Assembly (NCBI GenBank): GCA_010093605.1
Contig: MU004190.1
Coordinates: 682,001-746,000, forward strand
Direction: 5' to 3'
Source of the DNA: Lophium mytilinum
Taxonomy: Eukaryota
DNA length: 64,000 nt
Both the position numbers and the translations under genes were made by a program. The notes beneath the pieces are model-generated. The model saw only the letters and a program-made list of their open reading frames with translations, was not told the DNA's origin and made no database searches. Each line of letters opens with the position of its first letter. Within the stretch, counting starts at the first letter, position 1. Below, in pieces: positions 50,336 to 63,489 of this stretch.

Positions 50336-50906
50336 GTTGGCGGTGTTAGAGATGTGGTGGTTTGTAGGAGCTGGCTTTGGGTGAGGAGTGGTGAGTTTGT
50401 GGAGAGTCTCAGGAAAGGAGGTCTCTCAGACAGACTTGTGTCGAGGTGGACAAGCGCAGTTCACGGGGTGGCAATGAATTATCAACTAGCGCACGCCATC
50501 GTCACTGCCTTGGCCCCCCTCAGCTGCCCTGATCGCCGCCAGGTTTTGTGAGAGCTCGGATCCGGAGCTATAATATATCCGCAGGCAGTAGAATTGGCCA
50601 TTTAGGTACTATTCTGGAATACAAGTTCGGCCCCTAACGAGCGTAGTCTGTGATATCAAACCTTCTAAAGTAAGCGTCTGAGCTGCAGCGAATCAAGCGG
50701 CGAGGAAGGGCCCCATCTCACCGCCCACGTGCTCAGGCCCTAATCCCGTCTAGCACTAGCGCCAAGGGATCGCTGCCGACGGACCGGATGCCCCACCAGC
50801 TCTCTGACGATTACGAAGCTAGGTAGAGTCAACACCAAAAAAGCTATACAGACCCGTCCCTCCTCCCCCCTCAATACCTACGCTAAAAGCTACCTCACAA
50901 CCCACC

Positions 50907-51854
50907 ATGCCTCCACCATCAGGACCCCGGGACCCCATCGCCGGCCCAGACACCCCCGAACCGCCCTTCCCCCTCAAGCTCAGCGGCGAAGTCATCAAGG
51001 GCTTCGGACGGGGCAGCGCAGAGGTACGGCCTCTTTCTCTTCGCTTTCCTTTCTTCCAGGCTAGACTCACTGTTCCACTTTCTTACTATCTTCCCATCAA
51101 TCACATGCTTCCCGCTCCCTCTCAAGCCCGCACTTCCACAAGCCCCTCACCTCTCGCGCACTTGTTTCAAACCCAGGCAACGTAGGGCCGACACAATATA
51201 TACACAACTCTCCACCACATCATGCAATGCACTGCATGCACCCGCGTTCCACACCCCTCGTACCCCATCGGGCGCAAAATAACGCACCCCCAATTCCCTC
51301 GAACCTTCCCAATCTAAGACAACTCCCCCTCCCATCCTCCTATCCGCCTCCCCCTCTTTTCCCTTCCACGCCTATCGCATCATTCTCCACTCTGTCAGAG
51401 TCACACACAACTAACCCCCCACCCTCCCCAGTAGCTCGGCATCCCAACCGCCAACATCCCGATCTCCGGCCTCGACGTCGGCGGCCACTCGGACCTCGCG
51501 TCGGGCATCTACTATGGCTGGTCTGCGTTGACCATCGCCACCCCTACGCCCACGACCACCATATACCCCATGGTGATGTCGCTTGGCTATAATCCGTATT
51601 ACAAGAACACGGTACGCAGTGTGGAGGTGCATATCATGCATGATTTCGAGTCGGACTTCTATGGCGCAAGGCTGTCGCTCGCTATATTAGGCTTCATCCG
51701 CCCGGAGTACGACTACGTGAGCAAGGAGAGCTTGATAGATGATATTCGGACCGACATCAAGGTCGCCGAGAAGAGTCTGGAGCGTGAGGCGTATAAAGCC
51801 GTGAAGGAGGATGGGTGGTTAGTCCGCGGCGGGAAAGAAGAAGCGGAGAGTTGA
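50907..51854 (+). CDS. FMN1: Riboflavin kinase
   Basis: [47 protein letters not shown]; intron 51024-51434. Confidence 0.93.
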
Positions 51855-52103
51855 GGCTATAGGCGCGAGATGCCTCAGCAACGCACAACACGAGTAGATC
51901 ACGGAGTCACGGTTCTTAAGACCAGGTAGTGTGGATGATATCTTTAGACCAGCGACCGGCGTATACATACATAGATCAGGAATGGCCTAATCTCAAGAGT
52001 ACTCATGAAAAACTCGCCCCCTCTTCCCTGCTACCCCGTCTTCCCATTCACCGAACGTTATATGCAACCAAATGAAGGGATCACCATGTCGCCGAAGGCA
52101 TAG

Positions 52104-52109
52104 AAAAAA
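52104..52109 (-). terminator. Pol III T6 terminator of the tRNA-like gene
   Basis: TTTTTT on the minus strand 11 nt downstream of the 3' end. Confidence 0.6.
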
Positions 52110-52120
52110 GTAAATAAGAT

Positions 52121-52237
52121 GTCCGGCGCCGAGGATCGAACTCGGGTCTCCGACTTGAAAATCACTTTGTCTACAAGCTACCTTTCGATACGCAGGCACT
52201 CTGCTGCGGTTATTATAGCCAACTAAACCACACCGGA
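52121..52237 (-). tRNA. Atypical tRNA/tRNA-like Pol III gene, isotype undetermined (117 nt)
   Basis: Acceptor TCCGGTG/CGCCGGA, A-box TGGTTTAGTTGG, T-arm CCGAG-TTCGATC-CTCGG (B-box); anticodon arm non-canonical with ~45 extra nt. Confidence 0.65.
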
Positions 52238-53545
52238 TTGAGCATTGGCACGACTTATATCTCTATATTAGCCAGTAATTCAGAATTGCTAGGTGCCTAT
52301 AGGTAACCGCGGGGCTAAGGGGCTAATGGTGAGTGAATATGACATCAAGAAATGTCTGGACGTCAAATGTCGCCTGCGACAACAGGCCGACTACCTCGCG
52401 TCTCTAGATGCTTCCCACACTGAGGCACCTTTTTGCCCTCCTATATTACAAATACTTCCCACTCAAACCGCATACAACCATTCTTAATTGTACGCGGTAT
52501 ACTTTGTAGCCGCAACGTCCTGATCTATCTCCATGTAGAGACATTGCTTGTTCCCCGTTTCTTATAAACTTCCTCCATTGAACAACATGAGTTCTTTCTT
52601 CTGTTAGATGCGGTATAGACGTAGCGTAGGAATTGTTCGATACGCTGAGGCACCTCCTCGTACCCCTTTTTTTGCAAAATACTTCCCAATTGTACCGCAC
52701 ACATTAACTTTAATTCGATGCAGCTTAAACAAATCACCACTCTTACCTCCCCTACATTACGGCACCTCCTCGTGCCTGTTAGGCACAAGTACTCCTTGAT
52801 CGAACCGTGGACATCACTCCATATCAGACACAAAACATCGCATCTCACATCTCACATATTCTTCGAATCTCGAGGATCACACACTCCAATTCTCTAACCC
52901 ACATTACCCAGATACTTCCGCATATCGATAACATACACCCCCTCCCTTCTTCCCAACCCCCTACGCCTCAACACCTCAACACCCCCTACTCCCACAAAAA
53001 ATAAATATCAACACGAACCCTTAGTACCAAATGACCAAAACAAGTACAACAACCCATACAAATACCCAATATCCCAACTTTTTTTGGACGCGGCAACCGC
53101 ATCGAGTCATGCAAACATGTCCAATGGAGATGACTACCTCATATGGGGTGCATAGATACCCAACCAACCAACCACCATGATGAAACGGAAAGACTGAAAG
53201 ACTAGAATCGCGATTCGAGAACAGCAGAGCTACTGCTGCAGCATCGCAAGTGCCGAACGCCGTGTGACGCCGGAGATGAGCAAGGAAAATTGACGGAGAA
53301 GGAACAGAGGAGGAGGAGCACGTGCTCGTGTTTCGAGGAGGATATATCTGACTCGGTCCGGAAATGGGTGGGCTGGAAAGGGTGTAGTTGATGCGCGGCT
53401 TTCGGGAACTCGGAATATGCGTAGCGGAGGATGTCCAACTGTCCAGAGATCTCCACGGTTTGTCGAAAGAGAAGGCGATATGGTCGAATAGTAGTAACCT
53501 CGCCCTCGCCAAAAGTATTTTGCTTGGCGAGCCCGATTGCGATCC

Positions 53546-55920
53546 TCAAATCCACGGCAGGATCTACCCAAACATTAGCAGCGCCCATCAAAACCCTCAA
53601 ACCCATCATCCAACTTACATTCATCACAATCAGCATCGGCATATCAAAGTTATCCCGCCGAATATGCCACACACACATACACTTCACCATCCCCTCCTTC
53701 TGCCCCAGCTTATACATGCCCGCCTCATTATGAATCGCATTCTCCGTCTTCACCACCGACTCCCCCTTGCCCCCACTCGAATGCCCATTCCCATTCCCAT
53801 TCCCATTCTTCTCGTCATGCTTCGCCACCTCCTCAAACCGCATCATGTCCTCCTTCGTGCGATACTTTAGGAAATTGACGCAGCGGCTCTTCGACCCCCG
53901 CGAGTCTTCAAACGCCATGGTGGCGTAGTCCTCGTAGAACTGCACCACCGAGTCCTCGTCCATGAGCTCGACGATTGAGACGGGGCGTGGCCCGTTGTCT
54001 TCGTCGTCCGCGCTTTTGCCGGGGAGGATATAGGGAGAGCGCGTCATGCGACTGGAACTGCCGCTCGCGTTCGGGCTGTTGCCCCAGTTGACGTTGAGAT
54101 TAGGGTCTTTGCCGAGCAGGACTTCGCGCGGCCAGCCGGTGAGAATGGTGAATTCCTTTCCGAGTGCCACGACCTCGCCTGTCCGACGTAGGACGAGAGT
54201 CGGGGTGCCGAGGTGGTCGATGGAGTCCTCGAGGGTTAGCAGTTGCCGTTGGAGGTTCTTCTCGCTGAAGATTAGGTCGTTTTCGTCGAGTTCTTTCGAG
54301 CAGGCTACGAAAGAGGGCCGGAAGGTGGCCATGGCTTTTCCGATTCGGGCTTGCTTGTCTTTGGATATGCGCGTGGCTACGTCGCCCATCACCCGGTGGA
54401 ATGACATGCTGTACGGATACGGCTTCTTGATACCTTCGTAGATGTAGTTGGTATCGCGCCGCCGTTTTCGCGTCATAGCATTAGACTGTATCGGTTGGAG
54501 GGCTACGCTTTGCCGAGACTGAGATGGCGATTGAGCGGGATGATGATGTTGTTGTTGCTGGTGTTGTTGGGCTTGCTGTATTTGCTGACGGGTGTAGGCT
54601 TGGTGTGATGGCCTTTGGGGAGCGTTCGAGTTTACGAAGAATGTAGCAGGCGACAGAGGTCCGTTGTCGAAGTTCGAACCCAGATCTGCTGCATTAGATG
54701 CAGGGCTCGAGGTCGAGAGACTGCTGGGACCTTGTCCAATAGCGTACGCATGCGGAAGTCCAGCAGTGCTATCATGACGCTGAACATTATCCAAATTGGC
54801 AGACATTGGCGTATTGTGGGGTGTCTGGATCTGCGCAATGCTGTTATGCCTTGAATGTGAGTTCTGCCAGTCGGAACTCGGAAGACCATCCGTTTGATAG
54901 GGCAGAGCGCCAGGGGCCATTACCGAGACCGCTGCATTCTCCGTGTACCCGCCCGACACCTGAGGTCCATACATGTTGGCCGCTTGATTCAGTGGGTTCA
55001 TCAGATTGTTGTCGCTTGGTGGTGTATCAGCAGCTCCTGATGACATGTGACCGAGCATTCCAAACTCCAGAGCGCCATAGTGATTTCCGAAATTCAAGCT
55101 CGCAATGTCGAAGTTGAACAACGCAGGGTCACTGGGATCAAACAATGGCCCGCCGAAATTGTGCATTTGTGATACGTTGCCCTGAGACACTTGGGAGCTC
55201 GGTATCGTCTGAATAGGAGGACTTTGCTGCGGATTCTGGCCGTAGGTGGGGGATATGGGCGTGGGCTGACCATTGAAAGAGCCGATAGGGGGGCCTTCGG
55301 GCATGTGCTGGGGAAGTTGGCCGTGCGGAGGCGGCTGCTGGTACATGTTGAAGTTTCCGGGCTGAGGCTGGGCAAAGAAGGTGCCTTGTTGAGCAGAGAC
55401 CGGCGTGTTAGGCAGAGATACTTGTCCAGCGGTGGATGTTTGGTTACCATTGATGTGAGGGTAGTGCCCGCCCACGCCCGGCATGAGAGCCTCGTTGGGC
55501 GTATCGTGCAGATATTTGGCCTTCTTGCGCACGCCGTCCTGACAGCCGTCTTGCAGGCCGCGCTTGACACACCTGTTGCAGGGCCGTTCGTCGCCTGTGC
55601 ACGCGTCAGTCACGGGTCTGGTCAGACATCAGGGCGTGATAGCGTGGAGAAATCCCCCGATATCAAAATCAACACTTCAGAGGAACGGACTTACCACAAG
55701 TCAGATGGGCGCGCTGACAAGCAAAGCAGGCGCGCCGTGCCTTCTTCCGCCGTGGGCGCAGCGGGTCCTTTGCATTGGCCTTGGACATGATGGACGGGGT
55801 GTGGTTGGGCGAGGCTTCGCTGGAGGCGCGGAGGTCGTTCTGGTCAGCCATGTCTGCGCCGTCCTGGTCGCCGCTGTACTCGGGCGAGGGCGAGGCATCG
55901 TCGGCGTCTGGGGTAGTCAT
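53546..55920 (-). CDS. acuK: Zn2Cys6 transcription activator of gluconeogenesis (AcuK/Ert1)
   Basis: [69 protein letters not shown]-like [13 protein letters not shown]; last exon ILPWI*. Confidence 0.9.
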
Positions 55921-57528
55921 AATATCTGGCACTTGGGACACAGGCTCCGCACCGCTCACGGGCACGGATGCAGCTGCGTGTCCTGGACGGTACGGCTGGT
56001 GTCTTCGCACGTTTATTCTGCGCACTGCCGGCGCGGGTCCCGGGACAGTGGATTGCTGCTACTGCGCTGCGCTGCACGGCGCTTCTCCTGCACGGCGCGC
56101 AGGGGCGTGTTTCTTTGGGCCCAGTTGGGGGTTTCGAGAGAGCGATCACGCGTGGGCTGCGGGCTGCTGTGGCACCGCTGCGAGGCCAATGGCACGCGCG
56201 GGTCAGGTCTGGCTGCTGCCCAAGGCCAGTGGCGGCGGCGACGCTGGTCAATCCGGCACGCAGGAATGGGACGATGCTGCCGTGGCACGCGCCGGGGGTC
56301 CATGCAATCGCGGAGTGAGCAGTCCAGAGCGCGCGCTCATGGCGACGCGGAGCGGGCAGCGGTAGAGTCGAGCATCGGGGGAGAGGAGCGGGAGAGGCGG
56401 TGCGGTGGGGACGCTGTAACGGGAGCCTCGAGACTCGGCGCGCGACGAGGGCGAGGGATTGGAATCGAGGGACTGGCTGGCAGGGAGCAGCTCGCGCGCT
56501 GGAGAAAGCCGATGCAGTTCTGCTGCCGTGGGACGGGATACGGCGTGCGGTCGAGGTTGAGGGCTGGGAGCGTCGTCTGGGGGCCGCAAATTGCGCGGGC
56601 TGCCGCGTGCCGGGGCGCGCAGTGGTGGCGAGGGGGAGGCAATGGGAAGGGCCGTATGCGCTCTCGTGGTGGGAATTGACGCCGTAGAGATGTTCCCCGC
56701 TGTATGGGCGCCGTGGTGTCGTGTGGGTTGTTCGAAGTCGTTGAGCGCAAATCTCACGGAGCAGCTTCCCTCTTTGCCGAGCCAGGCCGAGCGGACGATC
56801 TGGAGCTCTGCCCAGCTATTGCCCCGCCGCGACCTATCAGCCTTCCGCCATAGCACGCTAAACACTTCACTCCTCTGCTCCACCCCTCCCGTCCCCAGCA
56901 CTTGCAGCGATTGTCCGCGAAAAAGCAACCCCAGGTGCAGAGACAGATGCTCGGATATACACTAACGAGCCTGGCCCTGAGGCATGATGTACTGCGGCCC
57001 TGATGCACTAATTGCCTGATGCACTAACTAATTGTCCGGAGCACTTACTGACGGCACTCATGGCACTAACAACAAGACAGAGCTATTCGGCCATACCGCA
57101 CAGTATTGTACATTCCAATTGTCCATGCCATTCAATTGTCCACGTCTGACGTCTCTCTCTATTCTCATCCCCTCCCTCAGTCACACCCATACCATCCCGT
57201 ACCACTCCACCCCATCCAGACTCCCCACCCCCGCCACGTTCCTCAACCCACCGGGCTCCCAACCCCCAATCGCCCTCGCCCCTGTGCGCTCTGTGCCGCC
57301 CTCGCCGGCGTGGCTGCCCTCGTGGCGTCACTCAGCGTCGCACAAACGGACCTGGCACCGCGGATCGGCCAGCATGCCTCCACGCCGTGTCACGTGGACC
57401 CACCCACACCACCACAGCTCGCCAACCAGTCGAAAATTCCAATAACCACAACGCCGTGCAACCTGCTATATATAGGGCCCGGCGCCCACTCATTTCGCGC
57501 CGCCCCGCCCCCCCCTTTTAATCCCGTT

Positions 57529-60447
57529 TCAGCCCGTGGTCGTCGACGACGCAAACCGACTGTTGCCCCTGAGGCGCTTGCCGTACCGGTAGAAGAGGAT
57601 AGGAAACCTGCGCGACCGTCGCACCGCCGCGACCTCGCGTTAGCTAGCCGACTTCTCTCCACACCCAGCTCCGCGGGCCCTGTACTCGAAATTGGGGAGG
57701 TTGTGGACTTACGGGGCCATGGCCAATGCCAGGAAGGCTAGCACCGATGTCGCCCACTGGTAGCCCAGGTCTGCTCCCACACACCATCATCAGTGACCGC
57801 CTTTTTACAGCGCCGAAAGGGTGGGTTGGCCGCGACGACGACGGCGTGTTGTCTCAGACTAATTGACTACTCACTGTTGTACATCTGAACCCCGAATAAG
57901 GGAAAGGCGGCTGCGAAGCTCGACCGTGCGAAGCTGTTCGCGGCCAGCGCCGACGCGGCATACACTGGGTACTAGATAGCCGTGTTACTGAAATGCTCTG
58001 AAAGCCTGCCCACATCCGCCCCGATCTCGGAGCCCCAACTTACGCAGTCGACGAGGAATGTGAAGACGCCCGAGTAGACCCAGATGACGCTATTGTGCAC
58101 CACCCAGCGGTCAGCAAATTCCAGAACTTGTTTCAAGCGAGCGCGTGGCTGCACCGACCATGGCGCTGGGGAAGGAAAGAAAAATCGATAGTGTCTCACC
58201 CAATGCCAAAGATGGTCGAGAAGATTATTGGAACTGCAGGTGATCAGCTATTATTACATTTCCCTGTGCATGGACGAGCTTGCGTACCTATCCAGTGCAC
58301 CTAACAAGGAACAAGGATTCATCAGCAAAAAAAAGTCCAAGCAGCAGGATAGTTGACCCTTCGACAGATCAGCGATCTCTTCTTACTTACCCATGGATAT
58401 GTGGTCCATCCAAACCCTGCGTGGATCAAGGTTAGCAAGTGCAGATCACCCCTCCAAGAGCAAATGTCGTGGCCAGCCTACCAAACAGCGCGATGGGTAC
58501 CACAAACGCCCCGAAGATGGTGGGCGGAAGCCGGTACTCTGGTTCAGACCCGCCAGGCTCGCCTCCCTGCGCCTCCCGCTGGCGCACGAGCCTGGCGTAG
58601 TTCCGCCGCCATAGCGGATCGCTCAATATCCCCAGCACCATGCCCACAAACATGCCGAGGAACGTTAGGCCGGTTTGGGCGACGCTGAAGCCGTGGTTCT
58701 TCTGGAACACTAGCGGGAACGCGCCGAAAAAGAGATAGAGGATCCCCAGCAGGATTGCAGACAGTATGCACAGGTTCAGGCACTAACCGAGGGGGCGCGT
58801 CAAGTCAGTCATGTGCCCAATACTTGGCTTCGCCGTTTCAGGCACGTCGCGCCAAACTCACCATTGGCTCGAAGAAGAGCAGCTGGAACGGGCGGATGCA
58901 GGACCAAAGAATCGTCTTGGGAATCGACCGAGAGAGGTTCTCGATGGGCGCCTTCCACGCCGCGTTGCCCGTCTCTTTGCGGAGCCGCTGGGCCTTCACC
59001 CGCAGCAGCACTGGATGGTATGTCTCGGGTACGAGGAAGAAGATCGCGCCTAGCTGCACCCCGGCCCAGATCAGCAGCACGTAAAACGACCATCGCCAGG
59101 TCGTATACTGGGTGATAAACCCGCCAATCAGCGGGCCGACCTCTGGACTACACAAAAACAAGATTAGCTCATGCGCCAGGTTTGAGGTTTGGTGCTCCCC
59201 CAGCACTGCAAGCAACGGTCATGCCGAGAGCGGCGCTGCAGGAAGGTGGGAAAATGCCCCAAGCGCTGTCTGCATAATCCGTTCTCCCCTCGTTTCTCTC
59301 TCACAACCTTAGGCCTGCAGCTAGAAGGGGATTGCGGTTACAAATACTACACTTACCCAATGAACGGACTGGCTGTGTATATCATCATCAAATCTTTCAG
59401 TTAGCGGCCGTGTTTCAGATGCCGCGCAAGGCCGGGGCGGAGGAAAAAGGAAGCTCACTGGTGCGGACAGGTCCTGCTTTGCGAAGATGTCCCCAACCGT
59501 GCCACCAGCAACGCTGAGAAAGGCGGAGCCGGAGAAGCCTGACAAAAAGCGGGCCACCAACATGGTCGCGATGTTAGGTGCCACGGCACATGGGATAAGC
59601 CAGATAAGAAAGAAGAGGAAGCTGTAGATGTAGATTGGCCGGCGGCCGTAGAACTGTGTGGAGGGTCGTCAGTCAGTAGGGGGAGCATGGGGCACTCGCC
59701 ACAAACACGCAGGGTCGGGGTCTGATGCGAGACAAGAGAGAGGAGAAGGGGAGAGGGTTTTTTGCGTGGTTCTGTAAGACGTACTTCCGATAAGGGGCTC
59801 AGCACCATGGGGCCTAATCCCAGGCCTGCGACGAACAGTGACAGCCCCAGCGTGGCTATCTCGCGCGAGGTGTGGAACTCGGGGATCATTTGGCTGTAAG
59901 TTGTTGTGTACTGTGATGAAGCGCACGTTCTGCGCACCCGTCAGCTACCTCTCCCTACTAACCCCCCCTACCGCCACTTCGCGTGACTTCAATGACTATC
60001 TCTTCGCGATCCCCTTCACACTCGCTGTGAGATCTCAGCGAACATCACTTACACACAAAGCGAACTACTCGACACAATAATCACAATCACCCACCGCCGC
60101 AGCTTGCTCATGCTACGCGGGTTCAGCGGATCGCCATCGCCCCCCTCCCACGCCACCACGTAGTCGCGCGGCGCCGTGTCACCGTCGCTGGCGTCGTCGC
60201 CTGGGAAGACGGTATAGCCATCGCCCCCCGCGACGGAGCGGTGAGATCGCGTTTGCGAGAGGAGGGTGGCGGGCCGCGTCGGCGGGTCTTGGTTTTGTTT
60301 TTCCAAGTCGATGATGCCCTCGCCGTCGGTTTTGGGGCCGCCTCCGCCAAGCTGCAACGACGATACTTTCTCCAGATCGAGGGAGCGCGAGTCGCGTGCT
60401 GCGTTTGTGCTACTCGAAGTGCTTGGCCGAGAGGTGGTGGAGGGCAT
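57529..60447 (-). CDS. MFS drug:H+ antiporter (DHA1 family), multi-exon
   Basis: DPLNPRSMS..RRW, GLGPMVLSPLSE|FYGRRP, GGTVGDIF, VPETYHPVLL, PEYRLPP, YAASALAANSFAR; ends ..RFASSTTTG*. Confidence 0.92.
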
Positions 60448-63400
60448 GGCGGCGAATTAGACGGGTTGTGGTACCATGCGATGCAGGACCCTGAAACAGC
60501 GCGTAGACAATTTACACTAATCGAGCGATTGAGGGGCGGAGTGTGGTGATGGATATGGAAATAGAAAGAAACGGCATCGAGAAAAAAAAATCACGGTGTT
60601 TAGGTAGCAACTGTCGTAACTTTAACCTTTCCCTGACTCTTAAATTTGCCGTCGAGTCGTCGTTAGCTCTAGCACCCTAAGCAGGCGGGAATAAAGTGGC
60701 CGAGTTTTTTGCTAGCCCCGGGCGACGGGGGATGTGGTGGGTTTCGCTCGAAAGGGCTGCGGATTCCGTAGAGCGCGAATCACGGGCTTGCTAGACCCCT
60801 CATGTCGCAAGTGCGAAGCTTGCGTTCGGGGTTCTAGAAAGCATTACTGTGTGGTTGTTTAGGGCTTTGTAAAAGGGCTGGGCTACGAATGATGACGAAG
60901 CGGCGCGGCAGTTCCGCGAGGTTGCGGGTGTTTGTCTAATGGCCCTGGGGAGAGCGTCGTCGGCTGTTTCTAAGGCGGATGCTTTAAGCGAACGCTTGTT
61001 TGCGAAGTAGTCGGCAATAATTCCGCTGTTTGAGGGTTTTGCGGGGAAGCAGAATGAGGTCACGGGAGTGGGCGGATAGGACGGATGTTCGGGATTGTAG
61101 AGAGTGGTGGAGGATCTCCAGACGGAGAAAATTACGGCTAGCAGAAGAGCGCATGTCTCCTTGGGACATCTCCTTTGAAGATTAGTGTACTGTAGATAAT
61201 TGAGCCGCGTGGTGTTGCTGGAACGTCTGAACAGTGTGAAGGGCTGTTGTTCTCACGATGGTGATACAAGATGCTCGATTTGAGGCAAACCGAACCGGTC
61301 ACGTGATTAGGCAATGTGTAATTGCTCAACAATTATTTCTGTAGCTTATCCTCTCCTATGGTTTCCCGACGTTTGAGGCTTCTTACTCAGGTCTCCTAAG
61401 TAGTTTTCTTCTTAACATAAAGTGACATTTGGCAGCCTGACAGGTGCTCCACAAATTGATTACGGTACGCCAGGGTCTTCCTTTTAGTCTACCATTCCCA
61501 CGGATAATACCAGACTATCCAATCATAATAACAAGCTCTCAAACCTCAACTTCAAGTTTCGGGTTCCAGTAAACTTCACGGTGTAGCGATACAACCTCGG
61601 GAAGGTTCATGACGAGATTTGACGTCAAGCGGAGCAATGTCCGAAAATAGGAGTCTAGAGCGAAAACTTGGAAAATGGGCGTCCGATGAAGCTCAAAACA
61701 GAGCAACGCCCCAGAGACAGGTTCGCACTTTTTTGAAACGACCACTCACCTTGAAATTTGACGCGACCGCACGACATTCTTGATTGCGGTTCAAATACCG
61801 CGGACGTCCGGTTGTCAAGTGATTCTAACAACGATCCCCGAACTATCCCCCCGCGGCATGTTTGCGACTGTTTGCATGTAACCAACAGTTCCGTCTGTTA
61901 CTCTATGGTACTCTCCCATCTGCAACGTCGTGAGGGAAATTCGCGACTCGCTCGTCGACTCGCATGCCACAGTTAGTTAGAATTAGAGTAGGGGCCTCCG
62001 GTACCAATACCAGCCCTTCGATCGAATTCGTTCGGACAGTCTGCTCCAGTAGGTGTGATCACGGTAGAAGTAACGCTCTGTATCTTCGACTGTGCTAGGT
62101 ACTATCCTGCGTTGTCGGGGAGAGAGCTACTGATGAACGGCCACTAAAAGTTTAGATGAACGAAGAAATGTGCGACAATGGAGACGTCCAAGGCCCCAAG
62201 ATGTTAGACGGTTGCCGACCCGACGGTTGACCTTTCATTGATACCTTCTAAACTGATGCGACAGATACTTTGAGAGATCAAGCCAGCTTCGGACACGGTA
62301 AGCTAGACGACTCAGTGTGAGCAGCGCGCGAAGCCTTGACGACGGACTGGCCATAGCCCCCGAGAATGTGACTGCGATAGAACCTGGCCTCGTCCGCTCT
62401 CTCCCTATCTATTCTTCGACATTGGGTCCTCGGGAGCTCTGCTGTCCAGCCCTGAGGAAACGTTTCTCTGTAATCAATGCTCGTTGATTCGTCACTCTGC
62501 CGCGTGCAGCGTCCAGGCGTGCAGATCGCGGGATCCAACCGGCGGATCAGGCTGCCAAGCCTCCAAACTTCCTTTCATCGTGTCGACGTGAACAACTTCA
62601 AGGAAAGAGCCTCATCCTTCGTTTCGAGTTGAAAGGTGAGGCAGAGGTCAGCCCGTCCAGCTCCCATCGATCTCTAGGGGAAGGACCCCGTATCTGATAT
62701 TGACGGTAATTGGATTGGAGAAAGCTGCTGACTGATTGGCGATCACCTTGCAGAGATCAACTGCAGCATGTCGCCGAGGCCTCAACCTTTCGCTGTGCCT
62801 CTTCCTTGCACCACAGGCTGCTTCAGAGTGCTCTGCCTCCCAGGCTTTGCCACGACTGCCAACCAGGTTGCTGCACAGCTCTGTTCTGGATGTCTGGAGT
62901 CAGCAACAGCATCATCTGAGGTCAGCACGGCGCGCCCCCTGGACAGATCGACTCTTCCCGCCCCATCTCGCGACCTCGACCCCAAATCCAGCAGCCTGCC
63001 CCCTTGGATCTGGTGTCTGGAGTCAGCCTTGCGCCGTTTCTCGCCGCTCGCGGACGGCGGAGCGGCAGGGTTGGCTGTTGGAGATTTTTGGAGTTGATGT
63101 CCCCCGCCAAGCCCCGTAGAAGCTCGTATTCCTCGGTGCAATCTTGATCCAGGCTCGCCGCACTGCGCACTGCCAGCGAAACGCCAATCAGGCGCGGCCT
63201 TTTGGTGATGGTCTCGATGCCGGGAGCCGGCGGAGCATGATCTCCCTCGCTGCGCATTTCTTGGCCTCAGTCGACTCGCGCAACTGCTCGCTGGGCTGAG
63301 GCGCGATGCGGATTTGCCAAGCGCATGCCATGGCGCCAGAGCTAACGCCGCCCGCCAGTGTGCTAAAAGTAACTTTGGACCCTTAGTGAAGCGGCGGGTC

Positions 63401-63489
63401 ATCTCACGATCTATCTAAACGTCTTCACCACCTCTCATTTCCGACTGTCTGCCTCCAACTCCTGCCTTTTGTTCCGCCTCTCCCTTGCA

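Noticed and set aside
52140..52210. Hammerhead-like core (CAGCAGA..CGAAA..TTC) or selenocysteine/opal tRNA (TCA) in the tRNA-like gene
   Set aside because: Two changes in the invariant CUGANGA core and wobble-heavy stems; no long variable arm or extended acceptor stem for tRNA-Sec.
53202..53545. C-terminal extension of the 803-aa ORF
   Set aside because: A canonical intron (GTAAGT..CTAAT..TAG) gives the ending MN|ILPWI* at 53546.
55564..57741. Long overlapping ORFs (371, 226 and 211 aa)
   Set aside because: GC-rich acuK leader/promoter and antisense frames; low-complexity R/G/A/P composition and no motifs.
60800..63402. Scattered ORFs that might be a decayed gene
   Set aside because: No family motif recognised in any frame; needs BLASTX.
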